Below, in pieces: positions 58,525-64,000 of a stretch of 64,000 nt of DNA (the stretch's first letter is position 1; each line of letters begins with the position of its first letter). The DNA comes from Cyanophora paradoxa CCMP329 (lineage: Eukaryota > Plantae > Glaucophyta). Both the position numbers and the translations under genes were made by a program. The stretch lies in the NCBI GenBank assembly GCA_004431415.1, contig QPMI01000401.1, forward strand, positions 290,122 through 354,121. Direction: 5' to 3'. The notes below the pieces were generated by a model. The model was given only the letters and a program-made list of their open reading frames with translations, ran no database searches and was not told the origin of the DNA.

Positions 58525-61500
58525 CTACGCGTCGTCGGGGCGTTCTCCACCGACTCTAGCTCGGACGGCGCGGCTGCATTGACGCCCGAGGCTTGCTGGG
58601 CCGAGCCGGTCGGTCCTTTGGCTTCCCGGCGCGGGCCTCCGCGCGCAGCTTGTCCTCCTTCTCTTTCCTGAACCGCTCGAGCATATTTTCTCTTCTTGGT
58701 CCACGAGACCTGCGCGGTGCTGCGTAAGCACGCGGCTGTCGTCTACGCCAAAAATGCAGCCAGCGAGTGCACCATGGTGCCGGACGGACCCGGGCGCCCC
58801 GCGATCGCCGGCATCTGCGTCGTCCTGTTGTAAACTGTGGCGGGGCGGGGTGGTGGGAAGGGCGCACCTCTTTGGGCTGGGGTCGGCAGCCGCGTCTTGG
58901 CCCTGTGCGTGCGCGCCGGCTCGTGAGGGGCGGGCGGGGCGGGAGGGCAGGGCGGGCCTGGGGTGGCCGGCCGGGCGGGGCGGGGCGGAGGCCGGGCGGG
59001 GCGGGGCGGGGCGGCCGGGGCGGAACGGGGGCGGGGGCGTGCACGCGGGCGACGCACTGGGAGTCGCTGCGGCAGGCGCGCCACGGGGCGATGCCGCCGG
59101 CGAGCCTTGGCTGGCCGCAGACGCCGGCCCGACGCCGCGCTCGCGCCGGCCTGCGCGATGCGGGCGGATCGGAAGTCGAACGAGCGCGGGTCGGCGCGGG
59201 GCGGACGTGGACGGGGCGTCGCGTTCGATCTCCGCCGCCTCCGCGCTCGCCCTTGTACCTTCCGCGGGGATCGCTTTCGGGCGGCTTCTCCCCCTCGTCG
59301 CCCGCGGGCTCTTTTTTGAACTGCCGGCGCCGCTGCGGCCAGCGTTGGAGGGGTAGGAGATGCGGGGAGGGATCAATGGAGACGGACCTGGCGCTCGGAG
59401 CGCGGCCGGGGGCTTGCGGTGCGGGTTGGCGGGGGCGGGGGCGGCATACTCCTGGGCAAGGTTGATTCGAGCGCGAGGTGGGGCGCGGCGACGCGGGGCG
59501 GCTTCGCACCGGCCGGTCGGTTTTCCCGCCCCCTTGCCCTTCTTCTTGACCTCCTCCTCCTCCTCCGCCTCCTCCGCCGGTTCCGCCGCCGCCTCCTCCG
59601 CCTCCTCCTCCTCACCACCTAGTTATCGACGAAGGGCGAGTAAAGAGGCCGCGGAGTGGGGAGGGAAAGGAAAGAATGGTAAACGGCCACGTTTACCTGC
59701 ACCGCCGTCGTCGTTCTCCTCATCTCTTTCGAGCTCTTCGGCTACCCGGTAGGCCTCCAGGCTGTATGAGAACGATGGTAAATACAAGCTGACGGGACTT
59801 GCGCTGGGGGTGCGCACAAGGTCTCGCCGAGCTTCCCTTGCTCTTGAATCTTGTGGAACCTTTTGTAAGATTCCTGCCCACTGATGACGCAAGGGTGGGG
59901 TCAAACCGATGATGAGAGTGATAACACGGCGGGTTCCAACGGGGACGCACGGGTGGATGGCGGGCCAGCCGAGGTGGTCGCCGATGAGGATGAAGAGGGA
60001 GACGAGGCCTTTGCGACCGTCCCCACTGATCCTGTCGATCGAGGGGAACTTTGCGTGGACCGTCGGGAGGTGGTTCGTGATTCTCTCGATCAGTTCCGCG
60101 CTTTTAAAACCCCTGAGGAAGGTCTTCGTCTCGAACGACTCCTTTCTGCTCGGGCGAGGCCTGTTGGTAAACGCAAGTTGAGGATCGATAATGAAACAGG
60201 ACGCACAACGTGGCTTCGTCCACGATGTCGGAGCGTTTGAGCTTGATCCCGATGTCCTCCAGCGATTCCTGGCGCCCTTGCGATCCCGAAGATGCCTGTG
60301 CTTTGCCGCCGCGGCCTCTGGATCGGCTCTCACGTGAGAATGCGGCGAGAACCGGGGGCGGGCGGGTTCGCACCCCGCCGCCGGCTTCGAGCCGGAAGCA
60401 CCGCCCATGTCCCGCCCTCGCGACGTCGACCGGCCGCTGTCGCCGTCGCCGCCCGCCTTTCGTTTCGCAGCCCTGCGCGCCCGGTTAGCAAACGTGGAGA
60501 AAGGTGCATACGCTGGGTCCGGGCGCCGACTTCAACTCCTCCTTCGATTGCGAGGGCGTGGGTCGCCGTGGGCGCTTGGTGGTGGGGGGCTTCTCGTCGT
60601 CCTCCTCCTTCTTCTCGTCCTTCTCCTCCTCCTCATTGTCCTCGCTCTCGTCTTCGTCTTCGTCCTTGGAGAACTTGGACGGGTGCGGATCGCTGCGCGC
60701 CGGGTGCTCTCGGCTCGCGCGTGGGAAAGAGGGGAAAAGGAAATGAGGCACCACTTGGAGATGTCGTAGCCGAGCCGCTTGTATGCATTCGCGAGCGTGG
60801 CGCGGAGGGCGGACAGATCGTCGCCCTCAACGTACGGCTCGTCGATCTTATCAAGGCACCGCGTGACCGCCTTCGTGTCCTTGAAGTCGTACTTCCCGGC
60901 CTCCGGCCTGCGCGGCGGTTCGAATGAGACGGCTGCGGTTTGCCAGGAACCCGGGCGCGTACTTGGGAGCCGATGCCGGAGCCGCCGCGCGCGCGGCGGC
61001 GCCGGCGGCCGCCCGCGGTGCCGGGGTCTCCTGCCGCTTGCCATCTCCGGTCGCGCCGCCGCCGCCAGGGGTTGATGGCTTGGGAGTGGGAGCCGATGGG
61101 GCCGCCCGGGCTGGGGCGGGAACGGGCGCGGCATTTACGGCGCGTCCGCCGGCCGGCGCCGACGCTTCGCCCACCGGGTCCCGCCGCCGGGGGGCTTCGC
61201 CGGCCTTGGGCTTGACGACCGAGGCAATGTCCGCGAGCTCGGGGACCGCCGTCGCGTCTCCCACCGTGTGGGGGGGATCAAAGAACTCCAATTCGGGAAC
61301 TTTAATGGGAACGGCGGTCGCATGGTAGCTCTTCGCGAGCGGGCATTGCTGGTAAACGGCCGCATGCTCGGACATGGTCGACTCGCACCCCGGGCAGAGA
61401 ACGTTCCGGGGATCCGGCGCAATCCACAGCGCCGGCACGGAGGCGACGACGTGCGATCCTTTCGGGCAGCGACTGAAGAGGCTGTTTACGGCGGGGTCGG

Positions 61501-61864
61501 CGAGCGCTGCGCATTCTGATAGCACCCGTCAGCAACCGGCCGCGCGGGGCCCGGACGGGCCGACGCACGCGCTCCAAGTTGCGCCCTGATCATACTCGAC
61601 AAGGCAATGATCTGGGCCGGCTTGAGCTGCTCCACGGTTCCCTGCGGTCATGGCGCGGAAGTGCGGGTCGGCGTTTCGCGCGCGGCCATCACGGAGGCGC
61701 GCGGCGTCGCTCACCTTCAGCTTCGTGGGTTCGAATTGCCTGTAGAGCTCATCGAAGCGAGCGCGTAGTGGCTCCGGGGGCAAGCCGGCGACGTCTGCTC
61801 CACCGAGGGCACGCGGATCGCCGAGATCCAATCCCCAGCGCCGGCTGTGGCCGTTCCCTTCCAT
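58525..61864 (-). CDS. Hypothetical multi-exon protein with Cys/His cluster and acidic tracts
   Basis: Exons LRARFDELYRQFEPTKLK; GTVEQLKPAQIIALSSMIRAQLG; SRCPKGSH...LCPGCESTMSEH...CP; KYDFKDTKAVTRCLDKIDEPY; ETKTFLRGFKSAELIERITNHLP. Divergent from the SET gene. Confidence 0.5.
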
Positions 61865-61955
61865 CCGCCCTGCGAGCTGCGGCCTGGTCGAAGGGGGGGT
61901 ACGCGTAAACGGCCTGCGCGTCCCAACGCCGCGGGGCGCCGGCGGGCGCCCCGGC

Positions 61956-63631
61956 ATGCAGCGACCCACCCAGACGGCCGCCATTCTAGCCGCCGAGGCC
62001 GCGGTGCGCGCCCGGATCATCCGCGAGAGCGACCCGACGAACAAGCTCGGCGAGCTTTCGGCCCGCCTGTTACTGGAGGCATCACAGCTGCCGATCCAGT
62101 ACCGTAGCTGCGCCGCGCGGGGATGCTGGGCGTCCACGGGGTGCCGGACGCCGCTGTGCACGGACCACCTCGAACGAGCCTCGGTGCGGGCCGCGCGGCG
62201 AGCGGCCGGCACCTCCCGCGCGGCTGATTGTTGCGTAGCTACGAGTCGGGCCCTCCAGGGCGGTCCCGGGCGCCCTGGGCCTGTTCGCGGTTGCTTCGCC
62301 GGCCGCGCGGGCGCGGGCCGCCCTCCTCGGCCCGGCGTACCGCGCCCTCGTCTTTCACCCAAAGCTCCGGAAGCGCATCTGCCCGTACGACGGGTGCGCC
62401 GCGCCGCCCCTTGGACCCTCGCTTTCGCCGGACGACGTCGACGCGCGCGCGCAGGCGGAAGATCGTCTGCCCGACGCACCAGTGGGCCCAGCTCCAGAAG
62501 ACCGGGCGGTGGACGTGCGCTTTCCCTCGCCGCCGGCGCCGGCGCCGCGCGCGCCGCTCACGGGCGGGGGGCGGGCCCGTTTACGCAGGTTCGTGTTCCA
62601 GATCAACTCGAGCTGCCTCATCGACGCCTCCCTCCCGATCTTTACGGGCCGCTGGGCGAACAACGGCTATCCGTTTGCGCGGAACAACGCCACGATCGCC
62701 GGAGACGGCAACACGCAGACGGCCTGGCTGCACGCCACAAAGTGCATCTACGACGACGACGAGGTGCGCCCCGCGCGCCCAACCCCCCCCCCCCCCGCGG
62801 CGCGCCGCCGCCGCCGACGAACGCGCCCGCCCCGCGCGCAGATCCTCGTCTCATACGGTACGTGCCGCGCCCGCCCGTCTCCCCCGGCGCGACCCCGCGG
62901 CCGACCCCGCCCGTCGTGCAGGCGACGGCTTCTTCGATAAGCTGCTGGGCCAGCTCAAGGCGGGCGTCTTCGCCGAGTGCGACTGGCCCGGGCAGGTGCG
63001 CCTGTCGGAGCGGGACGAGCGGATGTCGAAGCGCCCCCGGGGCGAGCTGGACGGCCTGGCGGTGCTCGGGGTGCGCCGCGGGCGCCTGGACCCCCAGGAC
63101 CGCTGGTGGGAGCGCGCGGAGGCGGCGGCGGCCGCCCTCAAGTTCGTGGCGCGGGTGGTCGGCATCCTGGAGGACGAGGACGACGGCTGCGGCGGCGGCT
63201 CGGCCGAGCCGGCGATCCTCTGGCCGCGCTGCCCGTTTGCGGCGCGCTTCGGATCGTGCGGCGCGCCGGCGGCGGCGCCCGCCCCGCCCCGCGCACCCCC
63301 GAGCCCCGCGGCGGGAGCGGCGCGACCCCGTCCGGGTGCCGTCGACGACGCCGGCGCCGGCGCGGCCCGCGGCGGCCTTCTGGCCGCCCTGCCCCTTTGC
63401 AGCGCTCTGCGGGGCGGGCGGCGCGCGCGCGGGGCGGGGGCGCCCGCTCCCGCCCGCCCCGTCGGGGCGGGTCCGGAGGAGGCTTCTCCGGCGCCGGCGC
63501 CGGCGGCGCGATCCCCGGCGGCCCTCTGGCCGTCCTGCCCCTTTGCCGCGCGCCTCGGGGCGGCCGCGGGCGGGGGCGTTTACGCGTGCGAGGACGCCGC
63601 TCTGCCAGGGGCAAAGCGGGCGCGCTCGTAA
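61956..63631 (+). CDS. SET-domain lysine methyltransferase with N-terminal Cys/His motif (virus-type architecture, spliced)
   Basis: CAARGC...TPLCTDHL; VATS...LGLFA; RICPYDG; FVFQINSSCLIDAS...GRWANN...NNATI...LHATKCIYDDDE|ILVSYG|DGFF. All SET motifs occur in order, with NN in place of NH. The 3' end is uncertain. Confidence 0.82.
63217..63546 (+). repeat. Three ~25-bp dispersed direct repeats near the right end of the GC-rich block
   Basis: cctctggccgcgctgcccgtttgc (63217), ccttctggccgccctgcccctttgc (63376) and ccctctggccgtcctgcccctttgc (63522), spaced ~150 bp apart. Confidence 0.7.
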
Positions 63632-64000
63632 AGGGCGCCGCGGGCGGGCCCGGCCGCGGCCCGGCGGCGGGGCGGGCCGGGGCAACCGACTCGCCAAGTC
63701 GGCGAGCCCGAGGGTCCCGAGGAGGTTGGGGGTTAAACGTTGGGCTCGCTGTGCATGGCGCGGGTTTTGGGGCTTGGTGTGAGCACTGTGCCACGGTGAG
63801 CCAGTGTGAGGTCGCCGGCTTTAATTTCGATTGCATTGAAAAATATATTTAGTTAATCTGATATCGATGGTACCGCCAGCGCTAGCTATAGCCGCCGGGC
63901 AGCAGTACTAGTAGCTCATGATCATGACTCAGTGATCAGCAGTCGATGATCATGATCATGAGCTTAGCTGCAGCTATCATAGTATAGCCTATTGGGCGGC

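Larger units (their letters stand above)
48990..63800. mobile_element. Candidate GC-rich, intron-containing tyrosine-recombinase element with virus-like cargo
   Basis: Starts exactly where pPolB is cut. Contains a YR/Ulp1/Bro-N-like gene, a viral-type SET gene and two unknown spliced genes. Boundaries are inferred from composition. Confidence 0.5.

Noticed and set aside
1-64000. tRNA or rRNA genes
   Set aside because: None recognised by eye. A tRNAscan-SE/Infernal run would be needed to exclude them.

Overview
GC-rich, intron-dense eukaryotic (protist-like) DNA in three parts. (1) 1-27.3 kb: host genes with short GC-rich introns: HAL3/PPCDC, F-box/LRR, TIR + beta-helix, WD40, a REJ-GAIN/GPS-TM surface protein and two unknowns. 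There is also a MITE-like foldback. (2) ~27.37-48.99 kb: an AT-rich, intronless endogenous Polinton-like virus (PLV). It starts at a perfect 28-bp-arm hairpin inside an intron of the REJ gene. It carries a prokaryote-type S-adenosylmethionine decarboxylase, fibre genes, a patatin, a discoidin domain, two head-to-head penton-like genes, a major capsid protein, an A32 packaging ATPase, an AEP primase-SF3 helicase, a GIY-YIG nuclease and a truncated pPolB N-terminus. Many of these genes are frameshifted. (3) ~49-63.8 kb: a GC-rich, intron-containing block with virus-like genes. One spliced gene appears to fuse Bro-N-like, Ulp1/adenain protease, tyrosine recombinase and Zn-finger domains, and a second encodes a viral-type SET methyltransferase. 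This block is a candidate new YR-mobilised element that cuts off the PLV polymerase. All calls come from motifs read by eye. Exon boundaries and spans are approximate, and the ORF track is mostly GC-driven noise outside 28-49 kb.
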